A DNA stretch of 54,275 nucleotides from contig JAYUUS010000067.1 in the NCBI GenBank assembly GCA_043754435.1, positions 1 to 54,275 of the forward strand, read 5' to 3'. How positions within the stretch are numbered: position 1 is the stretch's first letter; every line of letters begins with the position of its first letter. Below, in pieces: positions 39,754 to 48,880 of this stretch. Position numbers and translations under genes: made by a program. The stretch is from Rhodanobacteraceae bacterium. GTDB lineage: Bacteria; Pseudomonadota; Gammaproteobacteria; Xanthomonadales; SZUA-5. Under the pieces are notes generated by a model. It saw only the letters and a program-made list of their open reading frames with translations, had not been told where the DNA came from and searched no databases.

Positions 39754-41418
39754 TCAGCGAGCAAGAGGTTTAAACTTAATCCGATGCGGTTGCGCCGCCT
39801 CTTCGCCTAAACGACGCTTCCGATCTTCCTCATATTCATGGTAGTTGCCAACCATAAACACCGCTTGCGAATTGCCTTCAAACGCCAAAATGTGCGTGGC
39901 GATTCGATCTAAGAACCAGCGGTCGTGTGAAACCACAATCGCAGCACCCGGAAAAGCCAACAAGCCTTCTTCCAGCGCACGTAAGGTTTCAACGTCCAAA
40001 TCGTTAGATGGCTCATCCAAAAGCAAGACATTGCCTCCACTCATCAGCGTTTTCGCTAAGTGTAAGCGCCCACGTTCACCGCCCGAGAGCGAACCGACCA
40101 ATTTTTGCTGGTCGCCACCTTTGAAGTTAAAGCGCCCGATATAGGCGCGGCTTTGCAATTCATACTTACCAATGGTGATGATGTCGGAGCCGCCGGAAAC
40201 TTCCTGCCAAACGGTATTGTTGTCATTGAGCGACTGGCGCGACTGATCCACCGCCGCAAGTTTGACGGTGTGGCCGATTTTAATCTCGCCGGAATCAGGC
40301 TTTTCCGTGCCCAACACCATCTTCATAAACGTCGACTTACCCGCGCCGTTTGGCCCCAACACACCCACGATCGCACCGGCTGGAATAATAAAGCTTAAGT
40401 TATCAATCAGTAAGCGATCACCAAAACCCTTGCTGACGTTCTTAAATTCAATCACCGAATCGCCTAAGCGATCACCGGGTGGAATGTAGAGGTCTTGAGT
40501 TTCATTACGTGTCTGGAATTCTTGGCTGTTGAGCTCTTCAAAGCGCGCCAAACGCGCCTTGCTCTTAGTTTGCCGGCCTTTAGGGTTTTTACGCACCCAT
40601 TCTAGCTCAGCGGAAATCGCTTTTTGACGCGCTTTGTCGCTAGAGTCTTCGCGCTTGAGGCGATCATCTTTTTGTTCCAACCAGCTGGTGTAATTGCCCT
40701 TCCAGGGAATACCACGGCCGCGATCCAACTCTAGGATCCACTCAGCCGCGTTGTCCAAGAAATAACGATCATGGGTAACGGCGACGACGGTGCCAGGGAA
40801 ACGCGCTAAAAATGTTTCTAACCAGGCGACCGATTCAGCGTCCAAGTGATTGGTTGGCTCATCCAGTAGCAACATATCGGGCCGCTCAAGCAGTAATTTG
40901 CATAGCGCAACACGGCGCTTTTCACCGCCGGATAGCACTTTGATCGGCTGATCCCACGCAGGTAAACGCAGCGCATCAGCGGCGACTTCTAGCTGACGCT
41001 CCATATTGTGGCCATCGCCCGCAGCAATTAGGGCCTCAAGACTGGCTTGTTCGGCCGCCAACGCATCAAAATCGGCGTCTGGCTCAGCGTAGGCTGCGTA
41101 GACTTCGTCTAAGCGCGCTTGCGCGTTGGTGACGCTACCTAATGCCTGCATGACTTCTTCGCGCACGGTATGGGCGTCGTTTAAAACCGGCTCCTGTGGC
41201 AAATAGCCAATGCGTATTCCCGCCTGCGCCCGCGCTTCGCCCTGAAATTCGGTATCCACGCCCGCCATGATGCGTAAAACGGTTGACTTCCCAGAGCCAT
41301 TAACACCCAGCAAGCCGATTTTGGCACCTGGGAAAAAGCTCAAGCTAATATCTTTAATAATTTCGCGCTTTGGCGGGATGATTTTGCTCACCCCATTCAT
41401 CGTGTAGACGTATTGCAT
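39754..41418 (-). CDS. ettA: Energy-dependent translational throttle protein EttA (ABC-F)
   Basis: ISLSFFPGAKIG, two ABC domains, LSGGEKRRVALC, ELEWVR, LSGGERGRLHLA; 554 aa. Confidence 0.96.
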   Translation of the reverse strand: MQYVYTMNGVSKIIPPKREIIKDISLSFFPGAKIGLLGVNGSGKSTVLRIMAGVDTEFQGEARAQAGIRIGYLPQEPVLNDAHTVREEVMQALGSVTNAQARLDEVYAAYAEPDADFDALAAEQASLEALIAAGDGHNMERQLEVAADALRLPAWDQPIKVLSGGEKRRVALCKLLLERPDMLLLDEPTNHLDAESVAWLETFLARFPGTVVAVTHDRYFLDNAAEWILELDRGRGIPWKGNYTSWLEQKDDRLKREDSSDKARQKAISAELEWVRKNPKGRQTKSKARLARFEELNSQEFQTRNETQDLYIPPGDRLGDSVIEFKNVSKGFGDRLLIDNLSFIIPAGAIVGVLGPNGAGKSTFMKMVLGTEKPDSGEIKIGHTVKLAAVDQSRQSLNDNNTVWQEVSGGSDIITIGKYELQSRAYIGRFNFKGGDQQKLVGSLSGGERGRLHLAKTLMSGGNVLLLDEPSNDLDVETLRALEEGLLAFPGAAIVVSHDRWFLDRIATHILAFEGNSQAVFMVGNYHEYEEDRKRRLGEEAAQPHRIKFKPLAR

Positions 41419-41501
41419 GGCAGTTTCAGCTTTGGCTTTCGAGGCCGCGAAGTTTGCCTGAACTACCCTGAAAGAACAGCTCGCAGAGCACTTGGCACCG
41501 C

Positions 41502-41530
41502 AAAAGAAAAAGGCGCCGAAGCGCCTTTTC
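41502..41530 (-). terminator. Rho-independent terminator of the IPTL-CTERM gene
   Basis: GAAAAGGCGC-TTCG-GCGCCTTTTTCTTTT. Confidence 0.85.
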
Positions 41531-41571
41531 CCGTATTCAGTTTTTCAACTTAATTGCTACATCAGCACGAC

Positions 41572-42924
41572 TTAAGCGCGGCGATTTGCCATAAACATGC
41601 CCAAACCCAAGAAGCCAGCCAGCAACATCAGGCTGCCCATCAAGGACAAAGCTGGCACTGGAATCACCGGCACTGCTACTGGAGCCGAGCCAACTACGAC
41701 GATAATTGGATAGGTGAATGTTTGCGCATTGCCAGTGGTATTGCATGTCAGCGCGCCGTTAAATGTGCCGGCGGTGGAGCCGGTATAAGTGACGGTTACC
41801 GTTCCTGGAGTGCCCGCTACCAAATTCAAGGAAATTGGTGCCACTGTAAAGCCTGCACCGACAATGCCGCAGGTCAACACGGCATCAGCACCAGTAGCTG
41901 TGAACACAAATCCACGGTTGGATGACCCGGTTGGCAGGTTGTAGCTTGGCAAAGGACTTGCCGTCCCCGACGGAGTGGTTGGCGTAACTGTTGCGGCAGC
42001 TGTCGCTGCAGGGCAAGTCAAAGACCAAGTCCGCGTGACTGCTGTGCCGGGTGTGGAGGTTTCAGTGCAGGCTAACGAAGCCGAAGCGGCAGTAGCACCG
42101 CGTGTGCAACCCAGATTGATTGATCCGGCGGTGGTGGTGGTGTTAAAGGTGCCGTTTGCAGGGGTCGTAGTGGGGGCAGCAAAAGATGCCGCGCCTGCGC
42201 CGGTAATTGCACAGCCTGAAACAACGGTATTGCCCGTGCCTACTGCGCCTGAAGCAGCGATTGCAATACTGGACGTTGCTGCGCCAGCGGGGCCAGCAGG
42301 AAAGGTCACGCCTGCAGCGGTAGTTGGCGTGTAGGTCAAAGTGGGGGCCGTATTGGTTCCGCCGCCACCTGCAATGGTGATTGGCAGGCCAGTGTTTTCA
42401 TAAACATAACGCGTAACCGTCGCTGGAAAGCCGGTTCCTGCCGTGGTCGAGAGCTGTGCGTAACCGTAATTTAAAGCTGCGGTAACTTCATTGGTAAAAC
42501 GAAACCCCACGAACGATGTGGTGCTGGTGACGCGGAAATCGGGCGCTTGGGCTGTGCCTGACAAGACATAGGTGCTTGCAGGACCAACAACTGAACCCGG
42601 GGCCAGCAAGGTGGTGCCTGCAGCAGTGCTTACAACTTGAGTGTTATTTCCCGCCGCTGTAGACTGGAAAAATGCCAAATTGGTTGAACTCGCAAATGGG
42701 TTGAGATCCCAACCGGGTACTGCAGACGCAACGGTTCCGGAAACGTTAGTGACAACGTTAAAATAGATACCAGCCGTTGTAGCGGGGACTGGGAAGTTGA
42801 CCACACCGCTATCTACAATTGCCGCCATTGACATCGTCGAAACCAAAGACAGTGCGGTTCCACCCACAACTGCAGCAACGCGCGCGCTCAGGCGGGCATT
42901 GGTAAAGCTAAAATTCTTAGTCAT
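41572..42924 (-). CDS. Secreted Thr/Ala/Gly-rich surface protein with IPTL-CTERM-like sorting signal
   Basis: Signal peptide (SMSMA), beta-rich domains with paired Cys, C-terminus PVPALSLMG + TM helix + NRRA. Confidence 0.78.
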   Translation of the reverse strand: MTKNFSFTNARLSARVAAVVGGTALSLVSTMSMAAIVDSGVVNFPVPATTAGIYFNVVTNVSGTVASAVPGWDLNPFASSTNLAFFQSTAAGNNTQVVSTAAGTTLLAPGSVVGPASTYVLSGTAQAPDFRVTSTTSFVGFRFTNEVTAALNYGYAQLSTTAGTGFPATVTRYVYENTGLPITIAGGGGTNTAPTLTYTPTTAAGVTFPAGPAGAATSSIAIAASGAVGTGNTVVSGCAITGAGAASFAAPTTTPANGTFNTTTTAGSINLGCTRGATAASASLACTETSTPGTAVTRTWSLTCPAATAAATVTPTTPSGTASPLPSYNLPTGSSNRGFVFTATGADAVLTCGIVGAGFTVAPISLNLVAGTPGTVTVTYTGSTAGTFNGALTCNTTGNAQTFTYPIIVVVGSAPVAVPVIPVPALSLMGSLMLLAGFLGLGMFMANRRA

Positions 42925-43181
42925 TATTAGAAACTCCAGTATTATGGATGTGAGGTGAAATAGTGCGCGCGCGAAGATTGATGTTGCAGCAAAGCGGGCA
43001 ACGAATAGACGGTTGGCAATGCACATCGGTAAGGTTGACGTCGAATGCAAAAAAAGTCAACGATTAATGAATGTTTGCCAACGTCAACATGTCATTAGAG
43101 GATGTTTTTCAATGGGGGATTTGACGAGTGTCTTTTTATTTTGCTTTAAAACGAGCCACGGGCGTTTGACGTTCGCCGCTG

Positions 43182-44231
43182 ATGCCTGACGCTAATTCGC
43201 ACACCTTCTCAGCCCGCCTGTTGGCTTGGTTTGACCAACACGGCCGCCATGATTTGCCTTGGCAGCACCCGCGTTCGCCCTATTTTGTCTGGCTATCGGA
43301 AGTGATGCTGCAACAAACCCAGGTAGCAACCGTGAAAGGCTATTTCATCCGCTTTGTTACCCGCTTTCCGACGCTGCCTGAACTAGCGGCGGCGAGCCTT
43401 GATGAGGTGTTAAGCCTTTGGGCAGGCCTAGGCTATTACAGCCGCGCGCGCAATTTGCACGCGTGTGCCAAGCAATGTGTGCGCGAATATGGCGGAACTT
43501 TGCCCGCCGACCAAGCAAAATTGCAGGCATTGCCAGGAATTGGCCGCTCTACAGCGGCCGCGATCTGGGCACAGGCTTTCGAACAAAAGGCCGCCATATT
43601 GGACGGCAATGTCCGGCGCGTATTGGCCCGCATCATCGCCACACGTGAATGGCCGGGCTTGCCGCAGGTTACCCAAGCGCTTTGGCTGGAAGCCGAATTG
43701 CGTTTACCCAATACACGCTTTGCCGATTACACGCAGGCACTGATGGACTTGGGTGCCACGGTCTGCACGGCGCGGGCACCAAAATGTAGCGCTTGCCCGG
43801 TAGCGAACGATTGCCAAGCACTATTGCTTGGATTAACCGAATCGCTGCCGGTAAAGCGTCTGAAAAAGGCGCGGCCAACACGTTTTACAAAGTGGCTATT
43901 GGTGCGTGACGCGCAGGAGCGCGTACTTTTGATACGCCGCCCTGAACTTGGCATCTGGGGCGGGCTGTATTGCCTGCCGGAGGCTGCAGATTCTGCCGAT
44001 TTTTTCAGCCAATCCTTACCGCTGCAAAATCTAGTGCTACACACGCCTATGCCGGAAATTCGGCATCAATTTACCCATTTCACCCTAATCGCAACGCCCG
44101 TCAGCGCCTACGCCCACGCCACTGAAGGCTTGGGCGAGGCAGGATTTATTTGGGTGGATCGGCAAACGATGCGCCAGTTTGGTCTTCCCAGCCCGGTTCG
44201 GCGCTTACTGGAGCAATTTTTTCAGACGTAA
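43182..44231 (+). CDS. mutY: A/G-specific adenine glycosylase MutY
   Basis: WLSEVMLQQTQV, WAGLGYYSRARNL, LPGIGRSTA, LDGNVRRV, [4Fe-4S] Cys cluster. Confidence 0.97.
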   Translation: MPDANSHTFSARLLAWFDQHGRHDLPWQHPRSPYFVWLSEVMLQQTQVATVKGYFIRFVTRFPTLPELAAASLDEVLSLWAGLGYYSRARNLHACAKQCVREYGGTLPADQAKLQALPGIGRSTAAAIWAQAFEQKAAILDGNVRRVLARIIATREWPGLPQVTQALWLEAELRLPNTRFADYTQALMDLGATVCTARAPKCSACPVANDCQALLLGLTESLPVKRLKKARPTRFTKWLLVRDAQERVLLIRRPELGIWGGLYCLPEAADSADFFSQSLPLQNLVLHTPMPEIRHQFTHFTLIATPVSAYAHATEGLGEAGFIWVDRQTMRQFGLPSPVRRLLEQFFQT

Positions 44232-44296
44232 TGTTGAACATCGTAATCCGTGTAATGAGTAAGCTTAGCAACTGATTTATATAGAGAACTACACGC

Positions 44297-46105
44297 TTGG
44301 GCGCACTTTACGGCGAAATTTTCACCGATTGGCACACGCCAGTCGAGTTCAGCGCATTCACTGCCAGCGCGGCAAAACTCAAGCACCGCGCGCGCGCCGG
44401 GCAAACGCTACGCCAAACACCGGGTGCTGCACTGATGTGGGCGAATGCAGGCACCCCGAATGACCGGGCTGTAGATGGCCAGCCTTGGCTCGACCGGGAT
44501 TTATGGATTGCCTTTGACGGCGCACTGCACAACCATGCCGCACTGCTTACTGAGCTCAAGCTGCCCGTTGAAACACGGATTTTGGCGCTGCTCGTCCATG
44601 GCTGGCGGCGCTTCGGCGTGAAGTTTGCGCAGCGGCTAGAAGGTAATTTTGTGCTGGTCGTGATTGATTTTGCCCAGCGTAAAGTGTGTTTAGCGCGTGA
44701 CCCACTGGGCGCGCGCGCACTGCACTATCAAATGCGGCCTGCAAGCGCTAAGGGTCCTGCATGTTTGCGCTTTGCCAGCGAAGTTGCGGCGCTAGTTGTG
44801 CCGAACACGCCGCCCTGCAGCCACGCCGTCGCCAATTATTTCGCGTTTGCCGCCATGCCAACATCGCAAACGATGTATGCGGACATACAAACCTTGGCTG
44901 CCGGTGCGCAGATTACGCTGAACGATACTAAGCTGAGCGTTGAAACCCATGATTTTGACGTGCCAGAGCCCATCCGAAAAATAACCGATAGCGATGCGAT
45001 ACAGCAATTTCGTGCCTTGCTTGCGGCCTCTATTCGCACGCATTCGCCAACGACGGGCCGACTTGGGATCAGCCTCAGCGGTGGCTTGGATTCCAACACG
45101 CTGTTCGCATTGAGCACCGACCAGCGGCCTGCACAAGATCTGTGCGCGCTGAGCTGGCAGTTTGAGCAGCTTAAAATTTGCGATGAAACTGAGTTTTCAA
45201 ACTTACACGCCACCTCGCGCAACATCGAGCATCTGCGCTTTAATGCAGACGCCCTGACTGTGCTGTGCCGGCCCGCGTTGCGACCGGTCAGCCGAAATAC
45301 CCCGCACTCAAATATCTATCGCGAACTCAAGACGCAACTGTATGCACTGGCCGCTCAGGCCAAAGTACACACGCTGTTTAATGGCGCGTTTGGCGATCAC
45401 TTATTTAGCGATATAAACGAGTGGCTGAGTGATGCGCTAGCGCGCGGGGATTTCAGCCCGATTATGCGCGAATATCTCTGGCGCTTGCGGCGTAACCCTA
45501 GGCTTTGGCAAGATGGCTCCGTGCGCCGCATGGTGCGCCGCGCACTTGGCTTGGGTGTTTATCGGTATCGCCACCTCAATGAGCTAACGCCGTTCGCGTG
45601 TGCGCAAGCGCAGATTTCTGAGCCTGTTCAGGGCCTGCGCGCGCATCAGCTTGAACTTAATTTAGGCACAGGCGCGCAATTTGGCGCCAGTGGTGAAGCC
45701 GAGTTTGCTGAGCGTTTTGGCATTGACCTGAGTACACCGTATCGGTCACCCGCGCTATTGCGTTTCATGCACGCCCTGCCCGTCCACCTGAGCCAGCGAC
45801 GCGGAATCAGCAAATGGATATTGCGCGAAGCGATGGCTGAAAAAATGCCGGAGGCGATTCGAGTGCGGCCCAAATCAAGCAGTTTGCAGCCGTTTTTTGA
45901 CACCGCAATCGCCGGGCCCGCACGCGCGCAGGCTTCAGCACTGCTTTTTTCCGCCGATGCCGACTGGCCTAGGTTTTATCAGCACAGCAAAATAAAGGCG
46001 CTTTTCGATGCCACCCGCAGCGACGCGGAAAGTGCGAAGTTGTGGCAATGCTTAGGATATGAGCTATGGCGGGTCGAAATTGGACTGCGTGCGTCGCGGG
46101 GATGA
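44297..46105 (+). CDS. Asparagine synthetase-related protein (lasso cyclase-like; no N-terminal catalytic Cys)
   Basis: ARDPLGARALHY, FASE, PP-loop SLSGGLDS, FGDHLF, KWILREAM...RPK. The N-terminus is MGALYG rather than MCG. Confidence 0.8.
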   Translation: MGALYGEIFTDWHTPVEFSAFTASAAKLKHRARAGQTLRQTPGAALMWANAGTPNDRAVDGQPWLDRDLWIAFDGALHNHAALLTELKLPVETRILALLVHGWRRFGVKFAQRLEGNFVLVVIDFAQRKVCLARDPLGARALHYQMRPASAKGPACLRFASEVAALVVPNTPPCSHAVANYFAFAAMPTSQTMYADIQTLAAGAQITLNDTKLSVETHDFDVPEPIRKITDSDAIQQFRALLAASIRTHSPTTGRLGISLSGGLDSNTLFALSTDQRPAQDLCALSWQFEQLKICDETEFSNLHATSRNIEHLRFNADALTVLCRPALRPVSRNTPHSNIYRELKTQLYALAAQAKVHTLFNGAFGDHLFSDINEWLSDALARGDFSPIMREYLWRLRRNPRLWQDGSVRRMVRRALGLGVYRYRHLNELTPFACAQAQISEPVQGLRAHQLELNLGTGAQFGASGEAEFAERFGIDLSTPYRSPALLRFMHALPVHLSQRRGISKWILREAMAEKMPEAIRVRPKSSSLQPFFDTAIAGPARAQASALLFSADADWPRFYQHSKIKALFDATRSDAESAKLWQCLGYELWRVEIGLRASRG

Positions 46106-46111
46106 GCTGTT

Positions 46112-46361
46112 ACCTAACGAGGCTGTAGGAAAAGTAAATTGGGCCTGGTTTGCAACCCGTCTGCGCTCATTGATGCCGCTCTTGGCTGAAAAAAAGCGCC
46201 TTTAAGGATGAAAACTTGCCCAGATTTGGCGTACAAGAGCCTTGCAGCAGCCAGAAGTGCTGGACTGCCGACCAAAAGGTTTCTGGAAATCACTTTTTCT
46301 ACAGCCTCAACGCTACGTTAAGCCGCCGGACGCACCTCTCTGTCAGTCGGTCTTGTTACCT
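46112..46361 (-). other. Degenerate integron attC site interrupted by the MITE
   Basis: Removing the MITE gives 57 nt, AGGTAAC...GCGGCTTAACGTAGC-GTTAGGT. R' matches GTTRRRY and the toxin stop TAA overlaps the R'' AAC. Confidence 0.55.
46119..46308. mobile_element. 190-bp MITE with GAGGCTGT... terminal inverted repeats
   Basis: TIRs GAGGCTGTAGGAAAAGTAA and GAGGCTGTAGAAAAAGTGA (17/19); AAC duplicated on both sides; no ORF. Confidence 0.8.
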
Positions 46362-46616
46362 TAGCAGCTTGTCATACTCGGCGTGACTTCCAATCCAAAA
46401 CCACTGCAACCCTTCTGAAACCGGCACGCCAAGCGCTCGGTAGTGCAACCCGACGCGAACACTGCGATAGCGCCCATAATTTACGTGCTTGAACTGCAAT
46501 GACGGATGCGCCGGATTTTGCTTGAGCAAGGCATAGTTGCTGTAAGCAAGTGTTTGAATTTCAAAAGGTAATGCGTCAAGTAGAGCCCAAAATTTGCTCG
46601 ACGCGAAATGCTTCAA
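46356..46616 (-). CDS. ParE/RelE-like toxin
   Basis: HPSLQFK, SVRVGLHYRALG, WFWIGSHAEYDKLL; TTG start overlaps the antitoxin stop. Confidence 0.85.
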   Translation of the reverse strand: MKHFASSKFWALLDALPFEIQTLAYSNYALLKQNPAHPSLQFKHVNYGRYRSVRVGLHYRALGVPVSEGLQWFWIGSHAEYDKLLR

Positions 46617-46813
46617 AGTTCGCGAGCCAGGCCGTTTTGATATTCGGCAAGCGCCTCTGCTGCAAGGGCGTCGAGTTTACCTGCAGCTGCATCTGTCTCA
46701 ATTTGCTTGTCCCATGCCATAGAGTCGAATTTGACAAACCAACTTCGAAACTTGGCGAGATCAACAGGGGGAAGGTTCTGAATTGCCTGTTCAATAGCAT
46801 CAATTGTGCTCAT
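46613..46813 (-). CDS. Putative antitoxin (66 aa, acidic)
   Basis: MSTIDAIEQAIQNL...WDKQIETDAAAGKLDALA; translationally coupled to the toxin; GGAG RBS. Confidence 0.8.
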   Translation of the reverse strand: MSTIDAIEQAIQNLPPVDLAKFRSWFVKFDSMAWDKQIETDAAAGKLDALAAEALAEYQNGLAREL

Positions 46814-46967
46814 TTGGGTGTTATCTCCGTAGTGAACCGCCATAAAAGTCGGTTCGATCAATCCGATTAGTTTGGCTTGAACACATAAATTAGTGTGCTT
46901 CTTCAATTTTGGTAATGGTGAAGGAATTCACTGACACTTCGTATACTTTTAGCTCTTCTGGATATAC

Positions 46968-47355
46968 CTACGTTTTGGCTTGACCGCGCCGAATGGCGAA
47001 CTGGAAAACGTAATTCGTCTCGAACGCGTCACAAAATGATTTTAGGTTATAGGACAGTGTTTCTCCAGACTTTAGAACGCGTTCAAAGTCGTATTTTCTA
47101 TCTCCTCGCCACTGCTGCAAATAGCGATTTTTTTGCCAGATGGTTCCTTCGTATTTGCACCGAATTCGCTCAGATACATGCTCAGCAAGTCCTCCTTGCT
47201 CGGCAAATATAAACGATACGCTGTTGCTCCCCTTCGAGGGAGTTGCGGTTGCGGTCGAGGTCGCAGACATCATGCGAGGTTTGCGGAGCAATCAGCGGCA
47301 ACTGGCATCCCGAAAGAAGCAGTGCAGAAACCGCAAATGCGTAGATAAAGTGCAT
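46968..47355 (-). pseudogene. Frameshifted small lipoprotein gene
   Basis: MHFIYAFAVSALLLSGC (lipobox) stops at 47182, while an overlapping frame continues to 46968. Confidence 0.45.
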
Positions 47356-47404
47356 GCGTTCTAACTTATTAATAAAGCTAAGATATTTTTTCATTACCAC
47401 GTCA

Positions 47405-48880
47405 TCAGGCAAACAATACCGCACTAATCGCACTGGCCGACATGGATTCGCAGATGCCATCAAACGCTGCTTTAACGGCGGCACCCGCAGTTACTGGGCG
47501 CAGCGCAATGATTAAGCCATTGAAACCGGCACTGCGGGCACTGAAGGCAAATTTAGCGGCGCCGGGCAAATTCGGGTCAATTAATATTACCTGAGGTGGG
47601 CGTGCCAGCAATTGCGCCAACAGGCCATCCACATAAATCGGTTGCTCCAGCACCAACCCACGTGATTCCACGGCGGTGCCCGCAATTTGTGTCAACGCTT
47701 GATCCAGACTGAGCAGCCAGCAACGCGCACCCACAGCCAGCGCAACGCGGGTGCGGGGCACGGCAATGGTGCTATTTTCATACATGCTAGCCTCTAAACC
47801 TTTCGGCAAAGGCACGCTCAGCACCAAAGTAAGCCCCAAAGCGGGATCAAATTGGCGCGTTAAACGCGCACCCATTGACGCTTGGCACTGCGCGCAAAGC
47901 ACCAGCGCCAGATCGCTCGGCAGCCAGCTCGGTGTGCTGCCAAAGCCTATTTCATCACTGCGGTAGCTGCTCGCGGGCAGCTTGCGATCCCAAGCTAAGC
48001 TCGACTCACGCGCGGTCAAGTCACTAACCCCGCAATAAGCGCTCAAACGCAAGCTGTCATTTTCAAGCTGCAGCGTGGCGCTCAATTCTGGCGTGCTCAA
48101 GCTTGCGCGTCGATGCGCAAACATTAAAAGCGGCAGTAACGCACTGGCGCAGGCTGCTGAATTGGCAGCGATCAGACGCGCGTCATTACGATTGCACTTC
48201 AAGCTAATCTGGGCCACGCTTAGTTTTTCGAGCGCCTGTGCCACGGCTTCCAAATTGCATGTGACAGCACTTCGTATCAACGGCGCATTGCGTTCCGTGC
48301 GCTCCAGTACCTCTGCCAGCGCTTCAATCGCGGCACCGGTGGCAAATAATTCATGTCGCAGTTGGCCGTAACGCGCCTGCGCTAAGGCTAAGGCCCAAGC
48401 TAAGGCGTCACGTTCCTTGCGCACTTCGGTGAGCGAGCTGCGCTGTTTGCGCAGTTCACGCGTTTTTTCGTAAGACTTTAATTCGGTTTCTTGCGCGCTT
48501 TGTTGCCAAACGCGCGTCTTTTCAACTTCTTCTCGGGCGTCCAACAGCAATACATGCACGCCCGATTTTGAGCTAAACAGATGCAAATCTATAAACCGGC
48601 CATTGGGTAAACCAATATGCTTCAACGCAGCCCCGCGCACGCGGGGTAAGCCTACACACAGCGCTTTAAGCAGGCTGGCTATTTCTTCAGGGGGCGTTTG
48701 CTCTAGGCTAAAACGTGCTAACTCCCCGATGTAGCCCAACCATTGCCAGTCTTCATCAAAGCTGAGCAATAACGAATCCACCGGCGCGATTGCGGCGCGG
48801 TTCAAATAATGTTCTATCGCGCGCGGCAAAACTACTTTGCTTTGCTTGGCCAAAGCGTTGATGCCATAGCTAATACTCAT
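47405..48880 (-). CDS. Degenerate hybrid sensor protein (PAS-like domain, coiled coil, pseudo-HATPase, pseudo-receiver)
   Basis: LRHEL at the H-box position, eroded N/G1/G2 boxes, C-terminal PPQVILID receiver-like fold; ATGA overlap with the GTPase gene. Confidence 0.6.
   Translation of the reverse strand: MSISYGINALAKQSKVVLPRAIEHYLNRAAIAPVDSLLLSFDEDWQWLGYIGELARFSLEQTPPEEIASLLKALCVGLPRVRGAALKHIGLPNGRFIDLHLFSSKSGVHVLLLDAREEVEKTRVWQQSAQETELKSYEKTRELRKQRSSLTEVRKERDALAWALALAQARYGQLRHELFATGAAIEALAEVLERTERNAPLIRSAVTCNLEAVAQALEKLSVAQISLKCNRNDARLIAANSAACASALLPLLMFAHRRASLSTPELSATLQLENDSLRLSAYCGVSDLTARESSLAWDRKLPASSYRSDEIGFGSTPSWLPSDLALVLCAQCQASMGARLTRQFDPALGLTLVLSVPLPKGLEASMYENSTIAVPRTRVALAVGARCWLLSLDQALTQIAGTAVESRGLVLEQPIYVDGLLAQLLARPPQVILIDPNLPGAAKFAFSARSAGFNGLIIALRPVTAGAAVKAAFDGICESMSASAISAVLFA

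Noticed and set aside
44232-44296. Lasso precursor peptide upstream of the cyclase-like gene
   Set aside because: Only a 14-codon ORF (MLNIVIRVMSKLSN), lacking the leader Thr(-2), Gly1 and Asp/Glu 7-9 pattern.
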